NCBI GenBank assembly: GCA_964016885.1
Contig: OZ024745.1
Span: 74,648,001 to 74,712,000 of the forward strand
Direction: 5' to 3'
DNA length: 64,000 bases
DNA from: Eledone cirrhosa
Taxonomy: Eukaryota
Both the position numbers and the translations under genes were made by a program. Within the stretch, counting starts at the first letter, position 1. Every line of letters begins with the position of its first letter. Below are positions 37,854 to 50,240 of the stretch, piece after piece. Below the pieces are notes generated by a model. It was not told the origin of the DNA, made no database searches, and saw only the letters and a program-made list of their open reading frames with translations.

Positions 37854-38830
37854 TTAAACTATCCACAGAGTAAATAAGGTATTGTAGGAAGGTGTCATAC
37901 TCAATGACCAGTGTAGTAGTATCATTGTCCACTGCTGTTGGATCTGGTTATTAAGTTTACCAAAGGAATAATAGCAAAGCTGATTAGTGATAGAATTAAT
38001 GTTGATGAGATGTTTAGCTTTATGCCAGAGAAATACACTACTCATGAAATCTACTTAGTTAGACAGCTGCAGGATAAGTATTTAGCTAAGAAGCTCCTAT
38101 ACTTAGCATTCTGCAACTTGAAAAGAACCTTTGGTAGAATTCCATGGTCTGTAATCTGGTGGGTTCTTAGGAAGTTAACGATAGAAGAATGATTTGTTGG
38201 ATGTGAACAAACTATTTTCACTGATGCAACCTTCAATGTGAGAATTAATACTGAATACAACGATGAAAATAATCTGCAGGTAGGAGTCCACCAAGGTTCA
38301 GTTCTCAGCCCTCTACATTTTATTATAGTCCTGCAGGCCATAACAGAAGACCTCAAAACTGATTGGCTGCAGGAATTCCTGTATGCTGGTGATGTAACAT
38401 TTACTGCAGGAGCCCCCCTCCCCCCTCCCCTAAAAAATGAAGTCCCAGACATACAAACAATATCAGGAATCATGACACCTTAAAGTAAACCTATCAAATA
38501 CTAAAGTTTTAGTAAGTAGGTAAGAGAATAAGACTGTTACTATCAAGAATATAACTGCTAAATATGATGGAAAAGAGTAGGTTGAAACTCCATATTGTGT
38601 ACCCAGAGTGGACAGTGGATAAACAAGAAATGTAATGGGATCACTACTTGAAGGAGTAGAAAATGTCCACTATCTATGTGACTTCATTAGTAAGGGAGAA
38701 GGAAGAGGTTTTGTAACCAAAGTGAGAACATGGTGGAAGAAGTTTGGGGAACCGTGACCTCTGTTGGCAACGAGGTGCTTCACTCTTAAAATGAAAGGCA
38801 GATTATATAAATACAACGCTACAAGGCTGC
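37846..38830 (+). mobile_element. Old RTE relic of unit B, 3' part
   Basis: YLVRQLQDKYLAKK.LYLAF and VGVHQGSVLSPL; paralogous to 49183-50150. Confidence 0.85.
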
Positions 38831-39383
38831 GAATGACACGGCACTGAGTTGACTGGCGATATATCGCATATACTCTGTGAAGTGCTGATAAAATATACCC
38901 AGTACATTCTGTAATGTGCCTGGCATTAAGAAGGGCATCGAGCCATAGAAATATGGGAGGTATGGGGAACATGATGATGGTGGTGATAGAATGCAAAGTG
39001 TGAAATATTAATATTTACCTAACTATAACTATAGGCATTAACATTCACTATAACAATATAATTATAAACATTAACGTTCATCATAACATATATAAACAGT
39101 AACGCGACTTTACCATTCTATATTGAAACCATCTGAAGTTAATATGACAATGTAATAGGTGTCTTTATTATTTTTCTCCCATACGACAATGGTACCGGTG
39201 TCGTACGTAGAAAAATAACTTTAACTATTTCAGTTCGTTCTTTCAATTGTATTCAACATATAGTAAAAAAAATAAGGACAGTAGCAAACAAAATAACTAT
39301 TGAGTTGACTTTATTTAAAAATATGAAGGATTAGGGTTACAAGTAACGAGTTAGTCACAGCAGGAATATCTTTCATTATAGAT

Positions 39384-39500
39384 GTCCCTTTATGATCTGA
39401 GTTCAAATCCCGCCGAGGTTAACTTTGCCTTTCATCCTTACGGGGTCGATAATACACTGGGATAATTGCTGGCCTTGTGCCCAAAGTAGAAACAATTATA
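39384..39500 (+). mobile_element. 5'-truncated SINE with an internal deletion
   Basis: B-box to tail, flanked by ATTATAG on both sides. Confidence 0.85.
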
Positions 39501-39889
39501 GTTCTGTTCCATTGATGCTGACCTGGGATCAACAACATCGTTCGTTCAATTTCCTATTTAAAACGAATAATCCTAGAACAAAAGGAGGAAAATATCCCTA
39601 GACACTTAACATTTTAGAGAACTGACTATTGAATATATTTATATAATATAGTGAAAATGATTTGTTATGAACCATCTTCAGTTTAATCAATATCTACTGC
39701 AGCAGATAATGCAGATCCGAGATAGAATAAAATGAGGCATGTATGCTCCATTGAATGTATAATGTAAGTATGAATGAAGGAAGGAACATGGACGGGTTGC
39801 ACCTTCTTCCTAACCAAATCACTCCTCACTTACTTCTCTCAGATTCTCTGTACCACACTGCCCACAAAGTGAGGGGTAACCTGGGATAT

Positions 39890-40160
39890 ATGTGCTAACT
39901 GTGACGAGGTGCGCATGCGCGAGTTGAGACGAGATCGCATGAGCTAAATGTGACGATATGCGCATGCGCGAGATGTGACGTGATGAGGTGCGCATGCAAG
40001 AAATTTGACAAGGTGCCATTGCATGTGCGAGATGTGACATGGTGCGCATGCGCGAGATTTGATGAGGTACGCATGCGCGAGATGTGACGAGGTGCACGTG
40101 TGCTAAATGTGACGATGTGCGCATGCGTGAGAAGAGACAAGTTGCGCGAGATGTGACGTA
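39890..40160. repeat. 25-bp CpG-rich tandem array (~10-11 units), consensus TGTGACGAGGTGCGCATGCGCGAGA
   Basis: Periodicity is directly visible. Confidence 0.9.
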
Positions 40161-40359
40161 TATAACTGTGAAAGTGATAAACAAGGTTTAGTAACAAGAT
40201 TTGCGAAAATAGCACAATCTATCAACTTTGTTAAGAATGAAAGGTGGTTCATGTGCTCAGTTTATTTTGGCATATTACGTTAGATGTGTTATTGGATTTT
40301 GTGTTTAAAATTTCATAAGAATTTATATTACAATGGCGTCAGCATATTTTTAATTCTTC

Positions 40360-40404
40360 AAAAAAGTGCCATGAATATATATAAAAAAAGTTTGGGAACC
40401 ACTG
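40360..40404 (+). mobile_element. Terminus of a hAT-Charlie-like DNA transposon
   Basis: AAGTTTGGGAACCACTG (reverse complement CAGTGGTTCCCAAACTT) followed by CTTTAGAA, similar to the NTCTAGAN-type target; partner TIR not found. Confidence 0.5.
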
Positions 40405-40649
40405 CTTTAGAAGTTAGTTGCATGGAGTATACTTGTAATTCAAGTCAGGACAGCCACATTATACACTGCCCTAAGCTGAATCTCCCTGTGAGATAGGTTA
40501 ACATTACAGATATCTATGGAGTACTCAAGGTCAAAGGAAGAATAAAATAATTGACTTAATGTTACTAGTGGCCTATCCATGGAAGAAAATATTTATATCC
40601 CCTTCACGCCAGGGAGAAAATCATCCGATCCGACGTTCAACCGACTTTG

Positions 40650-41015
40650 CTAATTAGAGCTATGCGCGAGATGTGACGTAATGTTGGCAGCCTGGTGGGT
40701 AGATCTGGTAAGATAGTGGATATGCTAGAGAGAAGACATATGGATGTGTGCTGCGTGCAAGAGGTGAGATGGAGAGGTGCCTCAGCAAAACTAATCGAAG
40801 GCAAACATCTTAGCTATAAGCTTTTCTGGGTAGGAAATGATGATGGGTTAGGTGGGGTAGGCATTTTACTGGCCGAGAGTTGGATCAATAAGACAATAGA
40901 GGTAGTTAGGTCAGTAATAGAATAATTAAGATTAGATTAGTTGTAGGCAAGAGACTGCTGACAATTATCTCTACCTATGATCCTCAGGTGGGCCTAGGTA
41001 AAGAAGAGAAACATT
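40650..41015 (+). mobile_element. RTE 5' fragment (APE N-terminus)
   Basis: NVGSL.GRSG.IVDMLERR..DVCCVQEVRWRG...GGVGILL. Confidence 0.85.
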
Positions 41016-41847
41016 AAACATGTTTTCCTTGCTAACAAGAGCTGGCTAGGTGGTCAAAGCAAGTGGAGCTACTGATCTCTCAGATGGGCTGGATGCCTGC
41101 CTCTTGCTTACTAATGTTCATACACTCTACTGATTGCATCTGGTTCATTTCATCATAGCACCCTCTAAGATAAAGGAGGATGTATCTTGCTTCTATATGT
41201 TTCTGTGCTCTACTGAGTGCATTTTAGCACGGCACCAACACTAGGTAGATTGCCATTTCTTTGACTCAGCTAAGGAATCCACCCAACACTTTATTTGACA
41301 GGTTATCTATAGCTTGTTGCTTCCTATGTCATCAAACACTTTACAGAGTATGCTGGGTGTGTTTATTGTGTAAGTCACTAACACTAGAGAAGTTGTTGTG
41401 AACTTGACACAACTGAAGTGTCCTCCCGTCCCATAGTTTTTATAGATGGATGTCCTTCCTGTTGCAAACCACCTTTCAGAATATACAGTGCATTTTTCAT
41501 GGCACCAGCACAAGAGAGGTTATAGTGTTGTAACTGAAGGGTTCTTTCAGCACTTTTGGCATGTTTTCTATGGCTGGAAGCCCTTCTTAACACCAACCAC
41601 TTCTCGGGAGGTTGTTGGTCACAGACTCAACTGAAGAGTCCTATCTACCCTATTGGAGTGTTTAGAAATGTAGGTGTCAGTGAGAGTTTTCTGTCATAAA
41701 ATACCAGCACAAAATGTACCATACAACCCATGTTATTATGGAAATGTAAACATAAAATAATCTAAACTGTAATAAAGTAAGGACTGCGGAACATACGGTT
41801 TATTTCTTTTAATCCAGTTAGTAAAATAAGTTGGATTACTTTGAATA

Positions 41848-41889
41848 AATAATTGTTTCTACTTTTGGCACAAGGCCAGCAATTACCCT
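41848..41889 (-). mobile_element. SINE 3' tail fragment
   Basis: AATAATTGTTTCTACTTTTGGCACAAGGCCAGCAATTACCC. Confidence 0.75.
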
Positions 41890-42223
41890 GTATATCATCG
41901 CCACCACCACTTCAACTACCATATATATAGGAAGAGAGAGTGTGTGATGAGAGAGATAGAGAGATTATGATTTCTACATGCTGACATCTATATGTATGAG
42001 TATATAACTATAATCACGCAAACACAAACTTATAAAAATACACGCTCACAGACAGGACATACATTCACACAAACATACATACATTCACACAAATACACAC
42101 ATACCGTCATGATAGCATTCAGTGAATTGGAAATGGGAGGGTAAAACAATGTTTTATCTATTCATTAACTCTTTTTTTAAACTCATTTAATATAATGGTT
42201 ACAGAACGAAAACGCTAACAAAT

Positions 42224-42603
42224 ATAATTGTTTCTACTTTTGGCTCAAGGCCAGCAATTATCCCAGTGTATTATTGGTACTTTATTTTATCGACCCCGTA
42301 TGGATGACAGGCAAAGTTAACCTCGGTGGGATTTGAACTCAGATCATAAAGGGTCGTAACTCTAAGCTGCAAAGCATGCCATCTGACCCTCTACCAATAC
42401 TGCCAATCCACCACTCTTTTAATAATTGTTTCTACTTTTGGCACAAGAACAGCACTTATCCCAGTGCATTACTGCTACTTTATTTTATTGACCCCGTAAG
42501 GATGAAAGGCAAAGTTAACCTCGACAGGATTTGAACTCAAACCGTAAAGGGACGTAACTATGCTGGAAAGCATGGTGTCCAACCCTCTACCGATACTGCC
42601 AAT
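42224..42603 (-). mobile_element. Two adjacent SINE copies (42224-42412 and 42421-42603)
   Basis: Head-to-tail reverse-complement copies about 8 bp apart, carrying different diagnostic bases. Confidence 0.9.
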
Positions 42604-42699
42604 TCAATATAATATATATAGAGAGGAAAGGGAAAGGATAAAAAGAAAAAAGAGAGAAAAAATACACAAGCATGTAATACACACATCTTAGACCACATA

Positions 42700-43228
42700 G
42701 AATAAAATGCAGGCGAAAGAGTGGAAAAACGAGCCGCTACCAGAGCAAAAGATAGCAATATAGCGAGGAGCACTGGGAAACCTCTCTAATAATTTTTGAG
42801 GCAGGCCAGCATGCTTGCAGTGTTACCTGGGGTGATGGCAACACTGAGGTGCTGGAACAACCAAGTGCCCTCACAAGCATCACCAGTTAGCTCTGTTTGG
42901 CGAGCCGCCAGTGAAGATAAGAATCTCGCTGTCAGTAGCCCGACTCCCCCAAACGTCTCGAACGCTACAGGCTGGATAATGTAGTTAGCTGACAACACGG
43001 TATATTAGGATTTTGTTCCGTTCAACTGTGGATGCTGTAGCTCTCGCCCTTACCTCTGCATCTAGAATGTGGGAAGAACCAAGAGTCACTAACTGTGATG
43101 TCCCAAGTAAGGCACCTGCCTCTTGACCAGGAACACAGAGTAAGAACGTCAAGTCTTTTCCCATCAATTCAGGACAACCCAGACGGTTCCAAAATTGAGG
43201 GGGATGTTTGCCCGGGCCAAAGTTCTTA
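42700..43228 (-). mobile_element. CRE-like retrotransposon 3' fragment
   Basis: QPVAFETFGGVGLLTARFLSSLAAR...WLFQHLS.AI..GN.AS.LACLKN. Confidence 0.8.
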
Positions 43229-43419
43229 AGTGGTAATAGGACAGTGCGTGTATGTGCGCGCATGTGAGTTTCTCAGTGTTCTTAAATTAGAGATATGTGT
43301 GTGTGTCACTATTTTTAAGTTAGACATATATGTGTGTATCCCTTTTCTTGCTTTTACACACACATACACATTGCATGATGGACGGGTGGACAAAAGTCCC
43401 TCAAATTTATATACATGTG

Positions 43420-44000
43420 AATGGAGTCCTACTGAATCTTGGAGCCGTGTTCATGAGTGATGGAAAATAGGAGGCTGAATTAAGTGCAAGAATTGCAAAA
43501 GCTGATGCAGTAATGCGCCAGCCTCAGCAATCAGATGAAAGGGGTTAGGTGTAAAAGCCAAACTCTTACCGAGGATCATGAATCTTGAATAATGACCAAA
43601 AGAATACAATTGCAAATAAAAGTGGCAGAAATGGGATTCTTCCGAAGGGTCTTTGGAGTAATGTTACTCGATAAAGTGCATAACTCGGAGACCAGAGAGT
43701 CACTCCTGGTAGAGCTGCTACTTTTCCGAATTGAGAGATCACAACTCTGATATTATGAGCATGTGGTTAGAACGTCTCAGTAAAGAATCACTGGACACAT
43801 TTTACAGGCCAAACCAACCGGGAAGAGACCCAGAGGTAGACCCTGAGCAAGATAGTTGGATAACATCCATGAGCTTGGCTGGTCACGCTTTGGGATCCAG
43901 CTGGATCAGTTGCAGTCTCTACTGACAGACTCGCTGGAAGGAGTGTTTGAGAAGGACTCTGCCCTCACGACCCTCTCAGAAATAAGTGGGTGAAGAAGAT
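43420..44000 (+). mobile_element. RTE-like LINE 3' fragment (third family)
   Basis: Manual translation: ELSARIAKADAVM..., AEMGFFRRV.GV.LLDKV.NSE.RESL.VE.LL.RIERSQL. Confidence 0.75.
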
Positions 44001-46130
44001 AGTCAATTTACATATATCTATATGCATATATATTTGCATATAATATCAATATGCACACTACATATGCTAGTAGAAACCACCCTTTGGGCTAGTAACGATA
44101 GTGATGGGATAAATTTTATTAAAGTATTTACAGTGGTGAATGAACATTTTTAAAATAGACATTATCTTGCCCAGAAAATACTGATTAACAAATATTGGTT
44201 TATAAGATTTTTTATTAAAATAAAATTGATTTACAAATAAATGTCAATATAATCTCACAAATTTCACTGATTAAATTTGAAATAAGTTTCTCAGTTATTT
44301 TATATTGGCAGACTTCTCCAGTACTTCATGTCACCAATCTTCATGGTCCTTTGTTATTTCTATTATGAGATTCAGCTTCATAAGTTTGGTCTTAACTACT
44401 TCATCCTATGTCTTTTTAGATCTAACTCTTCCACGTGTCCCATCCACTAAGATTTCTCTGCATGTGAGTATTCACTCCACATCTGATACCATCTGCACAG
44501 GTAGTGACATGATGTCACTGAAACCCTAGCTAAAGGGAGGGGTACCGAGTGATATCATGTACGCAGGACAAGTGGCATGGCCTCTTTCCCTTTGGGTTGT
44601 CTTGTTCATCAGATATTTCTGTGGATATATGTCCTAGAGTTTCTAGCCAGAGGTTAGCCAGGTAGGACTCATGCAGATATATTTGGACATATGTTGCTGG
44701 ACAAGATTGATGATAGGAGTGGACCAATAAAGACGTGCAGAGAAATCTCAGTAGGTGAGACTTGTGGAAGAAATAGACTGAGTAAGACATGGGATGAGGT
44801 AGAAAGGATCGAACTTAAGAAGCTGAATCTCATAATCGATTAGAAAAGTCTGCAAAGATTTGTGACATTCTGTGCTAGTGAAAACCTGCCTATCAGACAA
44901 AAATGTGACCTAACCTCAGCAATCCACATACTGCCTCTCAAATATGTCACTATCACCCCTTAGAAGCTATCCCAACTATCACTGTACACGCCCACCCCTT
45001 TCGTGCCTTCTTACAAATCACTACCCTAGCCTCCATAGTAGCTATTTTCAACATCACTGTGGACCCTCATATCTAGTCCACTGAGGATCAGCTTCACCCT
45101 GCAAAAATCCTACCACCCACACTCCAAAATGCTGACGAATCAGTCCTAACCCCTTAGTAGCTGGTGTCACCACAGTTGGAGGTCACCCCTAATTTCCTCC
45201 CTACACGCTATCAAATCCGACTATCCTGCAACATTTGGCACACATCTACCTAATCTATAGAGTATTACGAGCTTTTCAATGACTGACAACCTCTCTAGTG
45301 TTTGTAATCTAGAGAATAAAAACACCCAGTACACTCTGTAAAGTGGTTGGTGATAGGCAGGTCATCCAACCATAGAACACTTGCCAAACAAAATGCTGGA
45401 AGGACACTTTTGTTATGTCAAAGACATTCCAATGTCCCAAATTTTGGTTCCAGAATAAAATGCACTTAATAGAACACAGGATCATATGTAAGCAAGAAAC
45501 AGCCCCTGGCCCTTTAGAAAAATGAATAAAGTATGGAAAGGTATGTAAACAAGTTGCTGGCCCCTAGACAACATGTCCAACCCTTCCTAGCAGGAAAAAC
45601 AAACATTCTACAATAATGATGATGATGATCTTTTTATCTCTATTTATAAAAAATATTTTCAACTAATCTTCTAAATATTATTTTTCTCCTCTATATATTT
45701 CTTTTATTTAACTACATGACTTTTGAATAAAAATGATTTTTCGCAAATTTCACACCTATAAGGTGTTTCCTGAATCTGTGCCTACATTTGTGGATTGTAA
45801 ACTGACAATTTTTAATGAAATATTTCCCACTTATTTTGCAATGAAACAGCTTATCTTCCAATATGGTTTCTAATATGTATTGTTAAACAACTGCTAAAGA
45901 CAAAATATTTTTTACACATTTCACAGTGGCAGAGCTTTTTACCTAAGTATGTATCCACATATTTCACAATCAAAGGATTTTTCACATATCTGACAAATAT
46001 TTTCTGCAAATTGTATTCATTTGTGTCTGATTAAATTAGAATTATGATCAAAAGATTTTTCAAATATTTCACAATTTTGTCTTCAGTTTGTTTTAAGTAA
46101 TCATTAGAAATGAAACATTTGCCTCATATT

Positions 46131-47722
46131 TCACAGTTTATTTCCATTGTGGGTTTTTTTATGTTTTGTTAAATTACTTTTATCGGAAAAAGATTTCCTG
46201 CATATTTGACAACAATATGGTTTTTCTCCAGTGTGTGTTCTTTTGTGGTTTTTAAGTTTGCCATTTTCAGGGAAAGATTTCCCACATATTTCACAGTGAA
46301 ACGGTTTTTCCCCAGTGTGTATTCTTTTGTGTATAGTTAAATGACAGGAATAGACAAAAGATTTTCCACAGATTTCACAATAGACTTTTTCCCCAGTGTG
46401 TAATTTATTATGTGCTTTTAAGTGACTGTTAGTGATAAAGGATTTTCCACATATTTCACAATGATATTCTTTTTCCCCAGTGTGTCCACGTATGTGGACA
46501 ACGAGATTAGAATTCAGAGTGAAGGATTTCCCACATATTTCACAATGGTAGAGTTTTTCTCCAGTGTGTGTTGTTTTGTGTGAGATTAAACTACCATTAA
46601 AGAGAAAAGATTTCCCACATATTTCACAGTGGTAGAGTTTTTCTCCAGTGTGAAATCTTTTGTGTGAGGTTAAACTACCATTAAAGGCAAAAGACTTCCC
46701 ACATATTTCACAATGATAGGGTTTTTCTCCAGTATGACTACGAATGTGAATAACAAGATATGAATTCTTAACAAAAGACTTCCCACAGATTTCGCAATGG
46801 TAGAGATTTTCCCCAGTATGTAGACTTTGGTGTACTGTCAACTTACTCTTACAAGCAAAAGACTCCCCACATATTTCACAATGATAGGGTTGTTCTCCAG
46901 TATGACTACGAATGTGGATAACAAGACGTGAATTATTCACATAAGATTTACCACATATTTCACAGTGGTAGAGCTTTTCTCCAGTGTGGATTTTTTCGTG
47001 TTGTGTTAACCTTTGGTTATAGACATAAGATTTACCACATATTTCACAATGGTAGGGTCTTTCTCCAGTGTGGAGTTTTTTGTGTTGTGTTAAGTTTTGG
47101 TTACAGACATAAGATTTCCCACATAGTTCACAATGATAGGGTCTTTCTCCAGTATGTAACCGTTTGTGTAATATTAAAATGCTTTTACAAACAAAAGATT
47201 TCCCACATATTTCACAATGATAGGGTTTTTCACCAGTATGTACTCTTTTGTGTATCGTTAAATTACTTTTAGAGGCAAAAGATTTTCCACATATTTCACA
47301 ATGATAGGGTTTTTCTCCAAGATGTACACTTTTGTGTCTTGTTAAAATGTTCTTAGTGGAAAAACATTTCCCACACTGTTCACAGTGATAGGGTTTTTCT
47401 CCAGTGTGCATTCTCTTGTGGATTATAAGCCTAGAATTTCTAATGAAAAATTTCCCACATATTTCACATTGTAACAACTTTTTTCCAGTGTGTATTCTGT
47501 TATGTGTTTTCAGTTGATTGTTATTGATAAATGATTTTTCACATTTTTTACAATGGGACAGCTTTTCCCTTGTATGTATTTCTTTGTGTGTGATAACTTC
47601 ATATTCTGAAGAGAATGTTTTACTACAAATCTGACAGGTTTCACATCACTGTATGTCTCTATAACTGAATTTATATTGTTAAAAGTTGTTTCATTAGAAT
47701 TGTCAAAGTGATTAACAGACAT
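46131..47722 (-). pseudogene. C2H2 zinc-finger locus 4: frameshifted leader, open array of ~17 fingers (pseudogene or N-truncated gene)
   Basis: The leader ORF 47722-47510 is out of frame with the finger ORF after a ~61-bp deletion at ~47635; the finger frame is stop-free to 46131; first in-frame ATG at 47411. Confidence 0.7.
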
Positions 47723-48297
47723 AATCTTGTTGACAAAATGATTCTATTTCTAATTTATGTAATGTGGATATTGGGTAATAGATGCCATGTAAGTTTAAAA
47801 AGTTACACAAATATTATGGTTCTGTTTTTGTCTTAGACATCATGGGACTTTGTTTACATATGTGGAAATTATCCAATGTGGATATTATTCTTGAGGTCAA
47901 AATGATTTCTATTTCTAATTTATGAAATCTGGATATCAGATGGTGGATGCTATGTAAGTTAAAAAAAATAGAAGTTTCAGAAACTACTGGGAGCAGACGC
48001 TCTGTGGATATTGAGGACCTTTTACGACAGCTGGTGTAGTGGAAGGATCAGTTACCAGAACTGCAATGTCAGAAAATATATGACAGTATAAGATTGATGT
48101 TAAAAAAAAATCTGTGCATATATATATATTATGTGAATGTACATGTAGTCTTTATATATATAGGTAGTATCAATAGAATAAAACACAACATACTAGTTGT
48201 GATAAAAATATAAATAGTAGGTTCTCTTTGGGTAAAGATTAGCTCATTGGTAATTAAAATTTGTTTCCCTATCCTTTAAAATGAGGTGAAACCAATT

Positions 48298-48482
48298 AAT
48301 AATTGTTTCTACTTTAGGCACAAGGCCAGCAATTACCCAGTGCATTACTGGTACTTTATTTTATCGACCCCATAAGGATGAAAGGCAAAGTCAACCTCGG
48401 CGGGATTTGAACTCAGATCGTAAAGGGACGTAACTATGCTGGAAAGCATGGCGTCCGACCCTCTACCGATACTGCCAATCCA
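48298..48482 (-). mobile_element. tRNA-derived SINE, young, specific to unit C
   Basis: Inserted into CCAATT/CATAATGTAG, which is empty in units A, B and D. Confidence 0.92.
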
Positions 48483-48569
48483 AATAATGTAGCCTAGTTT
48501 ATGAAGAAATACATATAATCATGAAGAAGATATGTAAGCTTCAAGAGTCAGCAAACACTGTAAAGTTTA

Positions 48570-50240
48570 GATAAACCCCTCAAAAAGGACAATGAATAAG
48601 TAAAGAACTATAACATAGTGGACAAGTGGAAACTCCTATGTAACAACCTATTGAAAGCAACATATGAGATTTGTGGATGGGGCAAGATACCGATCAGACA
48701 GAAAGTGATATGGCAGTGGAACATACTGTAGATAGGGCTATAAAGGCTAAGAGACAGGCTTGGAAAATTTGGAAGTTGGTGATAGCAGTGAACAATACTA
48801 ATTAGATAGAAAAGAAGCTACATGTCAGGTCAACTTAGAAAGATAGAAAACAGAGAGTAAGAGGTTTTCTAATTTTCTATAGCATGAGGATCAGAGGAAA
48901 GAAAATATTTCAGATTGTAAGACAGTACACAAGACAAAACCATGACAGGTGAGAAGTCAATATGGAATAACAGCAGCACACTTACCTTTATTGACACCTA
49001 AATGAAAGATACATGGATATGAGGCTGGTTAATGAAGAGTCTATCTCAAGTAGACCTGACTGAGAGATATGTCACTATATGAGACTGAGAGATCAACCAT
49101 CAAATTTGACAGCAAGATCATAGATAAGATGATTAAGGATATGAAGGTAGAGAAAGCAGCGGGTACATCAAGGATTGTTGCCGAGATGATTAAACTATTC
49201 ACATAGTAAATAAGATAGTTTAGGAATGTGTCATACTCAATGACTAGTGTAGTTGTATCATTGTCAACTGCTGTTGGATCTGGTTATTAAGTTTACCAAA
49301 GGAATGATGGCAAAGCTGATTAGGGATAGAATTAATGTTGATGAGATGCTTGGCTTTATGCCAAAGAAATACACTACTCAGGAAATCTCATTAGTTAGAC
49401 AGCTGCAGGATATGTATTTAGCTCAGAAGCTCCTATACTTAGGATTCTACAACTTGAAATGAACCTTTGATAGATTTCCATGCTCTGTAATCTGGTGGAG
49501 GCTTAGGAAGTTAACGGTAGAGGAATGATTTGTTGGATGTGTACAAACTATTTATAATGATGCAACCTGCAAGGTAAGAGTTAATACTGAATACAACGAT
49601 GAAAATAATCTGCAGATAAGATTGGTTGACTGTGGGAACTCCTGTATGCTGTTGATGTACCATTTACAGAAGCCACAAAACAAATGGAGAAGTTCCAGAC
49701 GTACAAATAATATCGGGAATCAAGGCACCTTAAAGTAAACCTAGCAAAAGCTAAAGTTTTAGTAAGTAAGAAAATAAGACTCTGTTACCATCAATAATAT
49801 AACTGTGCCAAATACGATAGAAACGAGTAGGTACAACCTCCATATTGTGTACCCAGTTGATAAACAAGAAATGTAGTGGGATCACATACTTCATGTGTAA
49901 CAGATGGAGAGGTGTAATCAGTAATAATGTTTCTCGTGGAATAAAATCTATCAAATGTTCAGAAGGCTCACTCGAAGTAGTAGAAAACATTCGCTAACTA
50001 GGTGACTTCAGTAGTAAGGGGAAATGAAGGGGTGTCGAACGTTTTGTAGCCAGAGTGAGAAAAAAGTGGAAGAAGTTTAGGGAGCTGTAGCCTCCGTTGG
50101 CATCAAAGTGCTTCAATCTTAAAATGAAGGGCAGATTATATAACTACAATGCTACATGGCTGCGAAAAGGGGTGACACAACACTGAGTTGACTGGCGATA
50201 TGCAATATTAATAAAAGACCTAATTATCAACACAATCATT
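48570..50240 (+). mobile_element. Old RTE relic of unit C
   Basis: Paralogous to 20810-22700; the most complete version of the relic. Confidence 0.85.

Larger units (their letters stand above)
28930..39760. repeat. Tandem duplication unit B
   Basis: Downstream blocks (GGTCAGAGCAAGTGGAG..., AAAGTATTTACAGTGGTGAAT...) and upstream blocks are collinear with units C and D. Confidence 0.8.

Noticed and set aside
39890-40160. CRISPR-like array
   Set aside because: Units are contiguous degenerate repeats without unique spacers; no cas genes; eukaryotic context.
39819-40215. His/Arg-rich ORFs of 121 and 106 aa
   Set aside because: Translations of the 25-bp tandem repeat.
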